From Methanolinea sp. UBA473 (GTDB taxonomy: Archaea; Halobacteriota; Methanomicrobia; Methanomicrobiales; Methanospirillaceae), in assembly GCA_002509495.1 (NCBI GenBank), contig DAEV01000012.1:4714-51651 (forward strand): a stretch of 46,938 nt of DNA, written 5' to 3'. This document shows positions 36,341 to 44,706 of this stretch, piece by piece. The notes beneath the pieces were generated by a model, which made no database searches, was not told the origin of the DNA, and worked only from the letters and a program-made list of their open reading frames with translations. The first letter of the stretch is position 1. Each line of letters opens with the position of its first letter. The translations under genes were made by a program, and so were the position numbers.

Positions 36341-37308
36341 ATGACGGATAAACCCTCTCTTTTTTGAATCATCCTTTTTGTGATTGCCGTTGCAGGAGCA
36401 ACAGGCATAATATGGCACCTGGGATCTTCGATCACAGGGGATACTCATCAATCCGCAGAGACCAGTTTCTCAGCGATTGAGTTCCAAAGTATCAATACTG
36501 GCACGCACTTCGTATCCGAGATCAGGATCGAGCAACACTTCCAAACGGTTCCCGAAAGGTTGATGTTGTACTCCAAACAGCAGATGTCCGATGAAGAGAT
36601 CCTACAGATCGCATCGGATTTGGGAATTTCAGGTGAACCAACGGAAGAATCAGGCTGGATTTCTGTGAAAAACGGGCCGTGCAAATTCCTATCCGAGCCC
36701 GGAGGTCGCGCCATATCCGTTGTGAATGAGACCCCCATGCCAAGTTATGAACTGGAATTCATCGATTCCCACCTTCCAAGCGACGAAGAAGCCAGGAAAA
36801 TTGCGGATGAATTCCTAGTCCTCCATAATATCCAGGCTGAAGGCAGGAGATTCACCGGAGTGAACCACGGGATCGGGTACTTCACTTACAGGATTTGAAG
36901 GTGAAGGACAACGAAGAATTGACCGTAGTATACAGGCACTTCATTGGAGATCACGAGATATTCAACGAAGACCTGGGCGTTCGGGTGACATTTATCGGCA
37001 CTGTCAACAGCCTTTTCTGGAAATGGACCCGCTACTCACCCTACAAGGAGTACCGGGCGATAAGTCCCGAAGAAGCGGTCACCTGCCTCCAGAAGACGGG
37101 CATCGTCGTGTTCGGGGATATCTCAACGCCCGATTATGCAACGGTCAGGAATATTACGATCGGGTACCTCGGGGAGACCCGTTCGGAGGACCTTGATTAC
37201 CGGATCCCTGTGTATAAGATCGAAGGCGTGGTGTATTCCAACAGCTCGACCACGGAATTTTTCCAGTATGTCCCTGCTTCCCTCGAGGCAGCAGCGGAAC
37301 TCATTTAG
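36341..37308 (+). pseudogene. Disrupted paralog of 35369..36328, with an in-frame TGA at 36365-36367 and a frame break near 36893-36897
   Basis: ATG 36341 reads MTDKPSLF*IILFVIAVAGATGIIW, so the stop falls inside the predicted TM anchor. ORFs 36380..36898 and 36895..37308 are collinear with paralog 1: LPSDEEARKIADEFL matches LPSDEEARKIADDFL, WKWTRYSPYKEY matches KKWTDYKPLKEY, and TIGYLGETRS...RIPVYKIEG matches SIGYIGETQS...LIPVYVFEG. They sit in different frames. Confidence 0.7.
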
Positions 37309-37434
37309 TTCCTTCAAATTCCCCTTTTTCAAGGATTAACCGGGGAGCATTGATTTCTGGCCTTCCAGGGGACTCCTAAACAGTTCTTCTTCAATCATGA
37401 GATCGTCCCATTCGAGAAAAATTGACCGTAAAAC

Positions 37435-38118
37435 TCACTCCACAACTGCAACTAGCGGAAAGACGACAATAAGATAGTAGAGCGCCACCGCGAGCATCAG
37501 CATCCCCGCGGTGAAATGGATGACCCGGCTGTGCTTCGCAAGGAATCCGAGGATCTCCTGGCTTTTTGAAAGCGAGAGGGCTGACAGGACGAGGAGCGGC
37601 AGGGACATCCCGATGCCGAACGCAAGGAACGTGGCAAGATTCACGGCAATCCCCTCGACCGCCGTCCCGAGCGCCAGCAGCACCACGACCGCTGCGGCGT
37701 TGCAGGGGAGGATGATCACCCCGAAGAACATGCCCAGGAGAAGCGAGTCGGTAAAGGGATTCTTCCCGGCCGGTAGCTTAGCCGCCGGGATGTAACGCGA
37801 CAGATCGAGGTCCAGGATCAGTCCAATTGAGAATATTGCCAGGATGAGGAATGCAATCCGGGAGACGATCCCGAGAAATTCCGCGAGGGACACCCGGATC
37901 AGCGTAATGTAGATGACCCCGAAGAGCAGCATCGAGGCGATAACGCCGGTGCATACCAGGAATCCAAGGGTAAGTGCGCCACCCCGTACTGGTTTCCGAT
38001 CCTTTCTCCCGGCCAGGAACGAGAGGTAACCGGGATAGAGCGGGATGATGCAGGGTGAACCCAGGGGTGCGTACACCCCGGCAAGGAATGCCATCCAGAG
38101 GGCCGCGAGGGGCTCCAA
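37435..38118 (-). CDS. ccdA: Cytochrome c biogenesis protein CcdA / DsbD-like thiol-disulfide transporter (TM domain)
   Basis: 227 aa, about 6 TM helices. The two conserved Cys sit in Pro-containing helices (PCIIPLYPGY and ILPCNAA). Confidence 0.8.
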   Translation of the reverse strand: MEPLAALWMAFLAGVYAPLGSPCIIPLYPGYLSFLAGRKDRKPVRGGALTLGFLVCTGVIASMLLFGVIYITLIRVSLAEFLGIVSRIAFLILAIFSIGLILDLDLSRYIPAAKLPAGKNPFTDSLLLGMFFGVIILPCNAAAVVVLLALGTAVEGIAVNLATFLAFGIGMSLPLLVLSALSLSKSQEILGFLAKHSRVIHFTAGMLMLAVALYYLIVVFPLVAVVE

Positions 38119-38121
38119 GGG

Positions 38122-38676
38122 TCAGCACTCCGAGGTGACCGCTGCACGAAGAGTATCCAAGGGTTTGATCCCCGTATCCAGGATGCGGGCCGTGCCATCC
38201 GGGCAGATCGCGATAACGGGTGCCGAGGCAGGGGTGATCACGACAGGCCCGAATTCATCAAGGAGGGATTGGGTCATCTCGATGGGGGAGAGGGAGTAAT
38301 ACCCCTTAAATTCGTTCTGCGCGATATGAGCCTTCAGGGTCTCCGAGTCCTCGCCGGGATCAATGTCCAAACCGATGACTTCCACCTGGTCCCCGAGAGC
38401 CGATTTCAGGGCAGTGATCTCCTTCTGCTGCCTGGTGCAGATCGGGCAGGAGACCGTGAATGCATACAGGATGACCGGACGGCCGGAGAATCCGTCGATC
38501 GTGAGAGTCTCGCCTGTCCTGACATCCTTGAAATGTATGGTTCTCCAGGCTTCACCGGTGGACGCGGATGGAGCCGGTTCCACCGGTGCAGTGCATCCCG
38601 ATGCGAATATCGCTGCGACCACAAGAACGGCCGCTGCCAGGACGATGATCAAGATGGCCGGGTCCTGCCGCTGCAT
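38122..38676 (-). CDS. TlpA/ResA-like thioredoxin-fold thiol-disulfide oxidoreductase, membrane- or lipid-anchored
   Basis: 184 aa. N-terminal anchor ending in the lipobox-like FASGC. Redox motif SCPIC in the context PVILYAFTVSCPICTRQ. It lies 3 nt upstream of ccdA. Confidence 0.72.
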   Translation of the reverse strand: MQRQDPAILIIVLAAAVLVVAAIFASGCTAPVEPAPSASTGEAWRTIHFKDVRTGETLTIDGFSGRPVILYAFTVSCPICTRQQKEITALKSALGDQVEVIGLDIDPGEDSETLKAHIAQNEFKGYYSLSPIEMTQSLLDEFGPVVITPASAPVIAICPDGTARILDTGIKPLDTLRAAVTSEC

Positions 38677-38700
38677 ACCAGAAAAGAGGGAAAGTCCCGG

Positions 38701-39399
38701 TTAAATATCTACCTGTTCCGGTGGATGAGGGGGCGTAACGGCCCGGATTCCTGTCCCTGTAATCTCGAAATCGAACCACGATCCGCAGGGTCGCGACCTG
38801 TGCTTCACCAGGGTAGCGCGGCGCACCGAGTCCCTCCGTTCAAGGCGGATGATCGCCTTGGATAGGTGTTCGAGCGCCATCCCTCCAAGCCCGGCGGATA
38901 CGTTCCTCACCGTGTCCATGTAGACCTGGTTGGAGATGAGGACGGGGATCTCGTACCGCCTGGCATACCCGAGGAGCTGGAGTACCTGCCCGGTCAGTTT
39001 CTGCATGGCGTCCCGCCCCTTCTCGAGCTGGCTGCGGTAGAGACCCGTGGCCGAATCCACCACGATCAACCCGATCGCTGAGGTGCGCAGCAGTGAGTCC
39101 ATGCCCCTGACCATCACCCCCTGATGAGTAAAGTCCTCGGGCTCGTAGAGATAGAGATTCTTCGCAAGATCCTCCGCAGCGTCCCCCGCGATCTGCCGGA
39201 ACCGTTCGGCTGAAAATCCCTCGCTGTCGAGGAAGATCACCGAGGTCCCCTGCCGGAGGGCCGAGACCGAGGCCATCACGCAGAGCGTGCTTTTTCCACT
39301 CGCAGGTTCTCCGAAGAACTGGCTGATCACCTTGGGCTCGAGGCCTCCCCCCAGGAGAAGATCCAGTTCGGGGGAACCTGTCCGGAGAGGGGGTTTCAT
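38701..39399 (-). CDS. radB: DNA repair and recombination protein RadB
   Basis: Start placed at ATG 39399 (MKPPLRTGSPELDLLLGGGLE...), which overlaps the larC stop (ATGA). Walker A GEPASGKST, Walker B IGLIVVDS. The short length of about 232 aa is typical of RadB. Confidence 0.85.
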   Translation of the reverse strand: MKPPLRTGSPELDLLLGGGLEPKVISQFFGEPASGKSTLCVMASVSALRQGTSVIFLDSEGFSAERFRQIAGDAAEDLAKNLYLYEPEDFTHQGVMVRGMDSLLRTSAIGLIVVDSATGLYRSQLEKGRDAMQKLTGQVLQLLGYARRYEIPVLISNQVYMDTVRNVSAGLGGMALEHLSKAIIRLERRDSVRRATLVKHRSRPCGSWFDFEITGTGIRAVTPPHPPEQVDI

Positions 39400-40586
39400 C
39401 GCAGGTTGTCCTGTCCGAGGAGCTTCCAGGCCTCCTCCTCGACAATCCTCGCTACTTTCCTGGCAGGGAGGCCGAGCGAATCTGCCCATTCCTGCACAGC
39501 TTCGAACTCCGGCTTGAGAACAAAGACGGATTCCCCGATCCTGCCGCACTTCACCGGGATCTCCCTCTCCCGGCCTTCTATTCGGACGCGGACCTGAATA
39601 AGGTCTCTTTCTGCGACAAAACGGTGCACGCTCTGGACACAACGGACACCAAGGGTCCCCATCTCCACTGCCATTGCGGATGCCAGTTCTCCCGAGCGTT
39701 CGGGATCGCAGATCACCCGGATAAGGTGGCCCGGTCTCCCCTTCTTCATGTTGCAGGGGATAGCGCAGACATCCCGTGCACCTGCAGCCATCAACGCGGC
39801 CATTGCGGATGCCATGACTTCTCCGGTGACATCGTCTACGTTGGTCTCCAGGATGTCTACAGAATCCCCCTTCATGACATCCCCCCTCTCGAGGAGTGTC
39901 ACCCGGAGGACGTTGGGGATACAGGGAGGGTCCCGGTCTCCCGCACCATAACCTGTTGCGAGGAGTGTCCCTGTCAGGGGGCCGGGATCCCCTGATGCAG
40001 AGAATTCGGCCAGCAGGGCAGCCCCCGTGGGAGTGCAGAGTTCGCCGTCCTCGAAACTTCCATACCGGATCCTGAGGCCGGAATCTCTCAGGATGGCCAT
40101 GGTGGCGGGGGCTGGTACCGGATATATACCGTGCGGACCGGAGACAGAGCCCCCTCCCAGGGCCACAGGCAGTACTGCCACTGCGTCCGGCCGGAGCAGG
40201 TGGAATGCCGTGCAGGCGCCCACGATGTCTGCGATAGCGTCATCGGCCCCCACATCGTGGAAGTGGGGGGACGCACCGTGGATCTCCTCTTCGGCCCTGG
40301 CAATACGGGAAAAGACCCGCCGGGCCATCTCCAGGGCTTCAGGAGGCGCATCCGCCTCCCCGACTCGTTCCAGCACCTGGTCCAGGGTCCTGTGTATCAC
40401 GGGTGCCCGGGTGTCGACCTTGATGGCCCGAATCCCCGCCCGCTCCACCAGCCGCACTTCCGGATCGGCCACCGCGGATCTCATAGCTCTGGCTACGAGA
40501 TCGGCTTCGGCACCAAGGTGCAGGAGTGCTCCGCAAATCATATCGCCCGCAGCGCCGCGGAAGGGATCGAACACCAGAACTCGCAT
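39396..40586 (-). CDS. larC: LarC family nickel insertion protein (DUF111/UPF0272)
   Basis: 396 aa. N-terminal FDPFRGAAGDMICGALLHLG, then EEEIHG...HFHDVGA.DAI.DIVG motifs. Confidence 0.85.
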   Translation of the reverse strand: MRVLVFDPFRGAAGDMICGALLHLGAEADLVARAMRSAVADPEVRLVERAGIRAIKVDTRAPVIHRTLDQVLERVGEADAPPEALEMARRVFSRIARAEEEIHGASPHFHDVGADDAIADIVGACTAFHLLRPDAVAVLPVALGGGSVSGPHGIYPVPAPATMAILRDSGLRIRYGSFEDGELCTPTGAALLAEFSASGDPGPLTGTLLATGYGAGDRDPPCIPNVLRVTLLERGDVMKGDSVDILETNVDDVTGEVMASAMAALMAAGARDVCAIPCNMKKGRPGHLIRVICDPERSGELASAMAVEMGTLGVRCVQSVHRFVAERDLIQVRVRIEGREREIPVKCGRIGESVFVLKPEFEAVQEWADSLGLPARKVARIVEEEAWKLLGQDNLR

Positions 40587-40590
40587 AGGT

Positions 40591-40600
40591 ACTTATAAAT
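40591..40600 (+). promoter_or_regulatory. TATA-like box ACTTATAAAT positioned to drive a leaderless cdc48 transcript
   Basis: Its centre lies about 30 nt upstream of ATG 40626 and only 5-14 nt from the larC start codon on the other strand. Confidence 0.4.
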
Positions 40601-40615
40601 CCCAGCGTATTGCAC

Positions 40616-40625
40616 CTTTAAATTA
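40616..40625 (-). promoter_or_regulatory. TATA-like box (TAATTTAAAG on the minus strand) positioned to drive a short-leader larC-radB transcript
   Basis: Its centre lies about 34 nt upstream of the larC ATG (40586) and directly abuts the cdc48 ATG on the plus strand. Confidence 0.4.
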
Positions 40626-43046
40626 ATGCCTGAAATCCATCTGAAGGTTGATAGCGCATATCCGGGCGATCAGGGCGGCGGAAAGGCCAGGCTCGACCCT
40701 GAGACCATGCTTTTTTTAAAGATATCCCCCGGAGACATCGTGGCGGTGGAGGGGAAACGCCGCACGGTGGCCAAGGTCTGGCGCTCTCTCGTCGAGGACT
40801 GGAACCAGAACAAGGTCCGGATCGATAATTTCACCCGGATGAACGCAGGGGTCAGCATCGGCGACACCGTCAAGATATCGAAGATACAGGACGAAATCGA
40901 AGCAAAAGAGGTGGTTCTCGCCCCTCCCGAAGACCTTCCCCGTAATATCACCATCAATATCACGCCCCATGTCATCAACTCGTTAATCGACTTCCCGGTG
41001 GTCAAGAACGACCTGGTACCCCTTTCCAGCGGTCTTCCCTTCCTCCAGACCCAGTTCGTGCCCTTCAAGGTCGTGGAGATAGAGCCCGAGCAGGCGACAA
41101 TCATCACCAAGAACACGCATATCGAATTCTCGGAGAAACCGGCCCCCGGTGTGGAGGGGACGAAGCGTATCTCCTACGAGGATATCGGAGGCCTCAAGGA
41201 TGAGATGCAGAGGGTCAGGGAGATGATCGAGCTCCCCATGCGTCACCCCGAGCTCTTCCAGAAACTCGGGATCGAACCTCCCAAGGGGGTGCTCCTGTAT
41301 GGGCCACCGGGGACGGGCAAGACCCTGATTGCCAAGGCGGTGGCAAGCGAGAGCGGGGCGCATTTCATCTCCATCGCGGGCCCGGAGGTCATCTCCAAAT
41401 ACTACGGAGAGAGCGAGCAGAAGCTCAGGGAGATCTTCGAGGAAGCCGAGGAGAACGCACCATCCATTATATTCATCGACGAACTGGACTCCATCACGCC
41501 GAGGAGGGAGGAGGTTACCGGAGAGGTGGAGCGGAGGGTGGTTGCCCAGCTCCTTACCATGATGGATGGCCTGCAGGAGCGTGGCCAGGTTGTAGTGATT
41601 GGGGCTACCAACCGGGTGGACGCGATCGATCCGGCCCTCCGGAGGCCTGGCCGGTTCGACCGCGAGATCGAGATCGGAGTTCCCACCGAATCGGACCGTA
41701 TCGAAATTTTAAAAATCCATACCCGGGGGATGCCGCTTGGTGACGAGGTGAAGCTGGAAGTCCTGGGCCAGCAGACCCACGGGTTCGTGGGGGCCGACCT
41801 TGCCGCCCTTGCCAGGGAGGCTGGGATCAGGGCACTTCGCCGGTATCTCCCCGAGATCGACCTTGAGGAGGAAGAGATCCCGGAAGAAGTCCTGGACACC
41901 ATGCAGGTAACTGCCGGGGATTTCCGCGACGCCCTGCGGGACGTGAGCCCGAGCGCCATGCGGGAGGTGATGCTCGAAGTATCCCATGTGAACTGGGAGG
42001 ATGTAGGGGGCCTTGAAGAGGCAAAGCAGGAGATCAGGGAAGCAGTGGAGTATCCCCTCACCCAGCGGGAACGATACGAGGAGCTGGGGATCAGTCCCCC
42101 GCGGGGAGTTCTTCTTTACGGACCCCCGGGGACGGGCAAAACCCTGATTGCCAAGGCAGTGGCAAACGAGAGCGGAGCCAACTTCATTGCCATCCGGGGG
42201 CCGCAGCTCCTCTCCAAGTGGGTCGGAGAGAGCGAACGGGCTGTGCGGGAGGTATTCAAGAAGGCCCGGCAGGTCGCTCCCTCCATCATCTTCTTCGACG
42301 AGCTGGATGCTCTTGCCCCTACGCGCGGGGGGGAAGTCGGCAGCCACGTCATGGAGAGCGTGCTCAACCAGATCCTCACCGAAATCGACGGGCTGGAGGA
42401 GTTGAAAGACGTGGCAGTCCTGGGGGCCACCAACCAGCCCACTCTGGTGGACCCGGCACTTCTGCGGGCCGGGAGGTTTGACAGGCTGGTCTATATCGGA
42501 GAGCCGGGTCATGAGGACCGGAAGAAGATCCTGGCCATCCACCTTCGCGGGATGCCTGTGGAAGGCTCCCAGATGGAGGCTCTTCTGGATGCAGTGAAAG
42601 AATACGACGAAAACCCCCTGGATGCAGTCCTGGAAAAGATCGGCGAGGATCGGACCTTCACTCTTGACGAAGCGATCGAAGCGCTGGCGGGGATCCCTGC
42701 CACGGGGACCCCGAAACTCTCCCGGGGCCAGCGCCGGAGGCACCTGACCAGTCAGATGGCCCAGAAACGCCTTGTGCTGGTGGATGGATCCATTGAGACA
42801 CTGACTTCCGACATCGCCCAGCGGACCGATGGCTACGTGGGTTCGGACCTCGAGGCAATGTGCCGCGAGGCCGGCATCTTTGCCATGCGGGAAGGGAGTC
42901 GTTTAATCTCGCTGCGACACTTTGAGGCAAGCCTTGAGAAAGTGCATCCCACCATGAACCAGAGATCAATAGAATTTTACAGCCGGATCCGCCAGCACTT
43001 CAAGGGTGGACTCCCGAAAGAGGTTCAGCCCCCCGAGTACCAGTAA
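40626..43046 (+). CDS. cdc48: CDC48/VCP-like AAA+ ATPase (N domain plus D1 plus D2)
   Basis: 806 aa. The double-psi-barrel-like N domain begins [23 protein letters not shown]. Two Walker A motifs are both GPPGTGKT, Walker B motifs are IIFIDELD and IIFFDELD, and both rings carry the SRH. Confidence 0.93.
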   Translation: MPEIHLKVDSAYPGDQGGGKARLDPETMLFLKISPGDIVAVEGKRRTVAKVWRSLVEDWNQNKVRIDNFTRMNAGVSIGDTVKISKIQDEIEAKEVVLAPPEDLPRNITINITPHVINSLIDFPVVKNDLVPLSSGLPFLQTQFVPFKVVEIEPEQATIITKNTHIEFSEKPAPGVEGTKRISYEDIGGLKDEMQRVREMIELPMRHPELFQKLGIEPPKGVLLYGPPGTGKTLIAKAVASESGAHFISIAGPEVISKYYGESEQKLREIFEEAEENAPSIIFIDELDSITPRREEVTGEVERRVVAQLLTMMDGLQERGQVVVIGATNRVDAIDPALRRPGRFDREIEIGVPTESDRIEILKIHTRGMPLGDEVKLEVLGQQTHGFVGADLAALAREAGIRALRRYLPEIDLEEEEIPEEVLDTMQVTAGDFRDALRDVSPSAMREVMLEVSHVNWEDVGGLEEAKQEIREAVEYPLTQRERYEELGISPPRGVLLYGPPGTGKTLIAKAVANESGANFIAIRGPQLLSKWVGESERAVREVFKKARQVAPSIIFFDELDALAPTRGGEVGSHVMESVLNQILTEIDGLEELKDVAVLGATNQPTLVDPALLRAGRFDRLVYIGEPGHEDRKKILAIHLRGMPVEGSQMEALLDAVKEYDENPLDAVLEKIGEDRTFTLDEAIEALAGIPATGTPKLSRGQRRRHLTSQMAQKRLVLVDGSIETLTSDIAQRTDGYVGSDLEAMCREAGIFAMREGSRLISLRHFEASLEKVHPTMNQRSIEFYSRIRQHFKGGLPKEVQPPEYQ

Positions 43047-43071
43047 CAATAATCTGGAGGGGCTGAATAAT

Positions 43072-43091
43072 AATGTATAAAAATATACATT
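43072..43091 (+). promoter_or_regulatory. Perfect inverted repeat AATGTATA-AAAA-TATACATT overlapping a TATA-like box upstream of the acyl-CoA ligase gene
   Basis: Read directly from the sequence: 8-bp arms with a 4-nt spacer. Its centre lies about 32 nt upstream of ATG 43113. Confidence 0.4.
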
Positions 43092-43112
43092 GATGTCCGT
43101 GCAGTGGAACCC

Positions 43113-44675
43113 ATGCAGAACCTGACCAGTTTTCTCGATAACCATGCCCTCGATCCTCAGGCCTGCGCCCTGATCTGGCCTGCCAGGGGGGTGTCGTTCA
43201 CATATGCCGAATTTATGGATCGGGTGAGGCGGCTCTCGTCCGGGTTCATGGACCTTGATATCCGGAAGGGTGACCGGGTGTGCATTTACCTTGACACCTC
43301 CCCGGAGTACCTGATCAGCTATTGCGCCCTCTGGCGTATCGGTGCCGTTGCCGTCCCTGCCAACATCGTGTACCGGCAGGGGGAACTCCTCCATTCCCTT
43401 CTTGATTCGGGTGCGAAGGGTATCATCTGCAGCGAGGCGGGAAGGGAAGTTGTGCACTCTGTGCGGAATTCTGCCCCTGCCCTGGAGAGCGTGATCTGTA
43501 CAGGGGGCGAACATCCCGGGACGGTCTCCTGGGATGGCTTGATCCGGGGAGTCCCTCTCAAACGGCCGGTTCCATGCGCGTTCGACGACATCTGCCAGAT
43601 CCAGTACACCGCGGGTACCACCGGGAGGCCCAAAGGCGCAATTCTCACCCAGGGGAACTGGATTGCAGCCCTCGAGGCGGAGCGGGAGGTTCTCTCGCTC
43701 CGCAAGGGGGACGTATATCTCGGGATCTACCCCATGGGGCACGTAGGGGTGAGCTGGGGGTTTGCGGTTCTCCGGGCTGGTGGAACCTACGTGATCATGG
43801 AGCGCTTCTCCGAGGAGGAATACCTCCGGCTTTGCCGCGATCACGAGGTAACGGTGCTGGCCGGGATGCCCCCCGTCATCCATGGCCTGTGCCATGCACC
43901 CCCGGGAACCGAGGAGGCGTTAAAGACCGTCCGGGTCATCATCAGCGGGGGAGGCCAGCTCCTCCCTGCAGTATGGGAGGATTTCGATCGCCGATACCAT
44001 ATCCCTATCGCCAATTCCTACGGGCTCTCCGAGACGATCGTGGTGGGTTCCGGTACCGCCACGATTCCGGGCATGCCTGACCTCACCCGCGACTACCGCA
44101 GCGTAGGAGTTCCGATTGGTTACACTGAAGTATCCATTGTGGATGCCGAAAATCCCGGAATTCTTCTGGAAGCGGGAGAGATCGGGGAGATCGCTCTCCG
44201 GGGCCCTTCGGTCGCGAAGGGATACTGGAACCTTCCCGGGGAGACGGCTGCGACATTTCTCCCGGATGGCTGGTTCCTTTCCGGCGACATGGGATACCTC
44301 GAACCTGACGGTGTCCTGTTCATCACGGACCGGAAGAAGGACATGATCATCATGTCCGGCTGGAAGATCTACCCCACCGAGGTGGAAAACGTCCTCCTCC
44401 GCCATCCTGCCGTAGCCGATGCGGCGGTCTTCGGTATCCCGGACGAGAGAAGGGGGGAGATCCCTGTCGCGGCAGTGGTGCTGAAGGAAGGCAGGACGCT
44501 TCAGGATGCTGAGCTGGAGGCGTTTTGCCGGGACCACATGGCCGGATATAAAATCCCGAGGAGGATGATCCCAGTCGGGACGTTGCCGAGGGTGCACGGG
44601 TGGAAACTTCTCAGGAGGACACTCCGTGAGGAGTACGCCCGGAGAATGGCAGAATCTGAGAAGGCTATAATATAG
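43113..44675 (+). CDS. AMP-dependent synthetase/ligase (acyl-CoA synthetase family)
   Basis: I prefer ATG 43113 over GTG 43104. AMP-binding core motif YTAGTTGRPKGA, with later SGDMGY...DRKKDMI and GWKIYPTEVE motifs. Confidence 0.85.
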   Translation: MQNLTSFLDNHALDPQACALIWPARGVSFTYAEFMDRVRRLSSGFMDLDIRKGDRVCIYLDTSPEYLISYCALWRIGAVAVPANIVYRQGELLHSLLDSGAKGIICSEAGREVVHSVRNSAPALESVICTGGEHPGTVSWDGLIRGVPLKRPVPCAFDDICQIQYTAGTTGRPKGAILTQGNWIAALEAEREVLSLRKGDVYLGIYPMGHVGVSWGFAVLRAGGTYVIMERFSEEEYLRLCRDHEVTVLAGMPPVIHGLCHAPPGTEEALKTVRVIISGGGQLLPAVWEDFDRRYHIPIANSYGLSETIVVGSGTATIPGMPDLTRDYRSVGVPIGYTEVSIVDAENPGILLEAGEIGEIALRGPSVAKGYWNLPGETAATFLPDGWFLSGDMGYLEPDGVLFITDRKKDMIIMSGWKIYPTEVENVLLRHPAVADAAVFGIPDERRGEIPVAAVVLKEGRTLQDAELEAFCRDHMAGYKIPRRMIPVGTLPRVHGWKLLRRTLREEYARRMAESEKAII

Positions 44676-44706
44676 GGTATAGGGAATATTACATCGGAGA
44701 CATCTG

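Noticed and set aside
36365-36367. In-frame TGA in island paralog 2 read as a selenocysteine codon
   Set aside because: - The codon lies inside a hydrophobic membrane anchor, where Sec has no plausible role.
- I saw no SECIS-like hairpin in the 3' region.
- The gene also carries a frameshift.
- The Sec machinery is not evident in the window. The EF-Tu-like gene at 14899 has a degenerate G domain.

A nonsense mutation is more parsimonious.
33505-37434. Island interpreted as a prophage or an integrative/conjugative element
   Set aside because: There is no integrase, recombinase, transposase, capsid or terminase-like ORF. There is no flanking tRNA, and I found no direct repeats at the boundaries. 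Only the compositional shift supports foreign origin.
39400-39642. N-terminal 81-aa extension of the radB ORF (313-aa version)
   Set aside because: The extension lies inside the larC coding region in another frame and is Arg/Pro/Gly-rich. ATG 39399 gives a canonical RadB N-terminus and an ATGA overlap with the larC stop.
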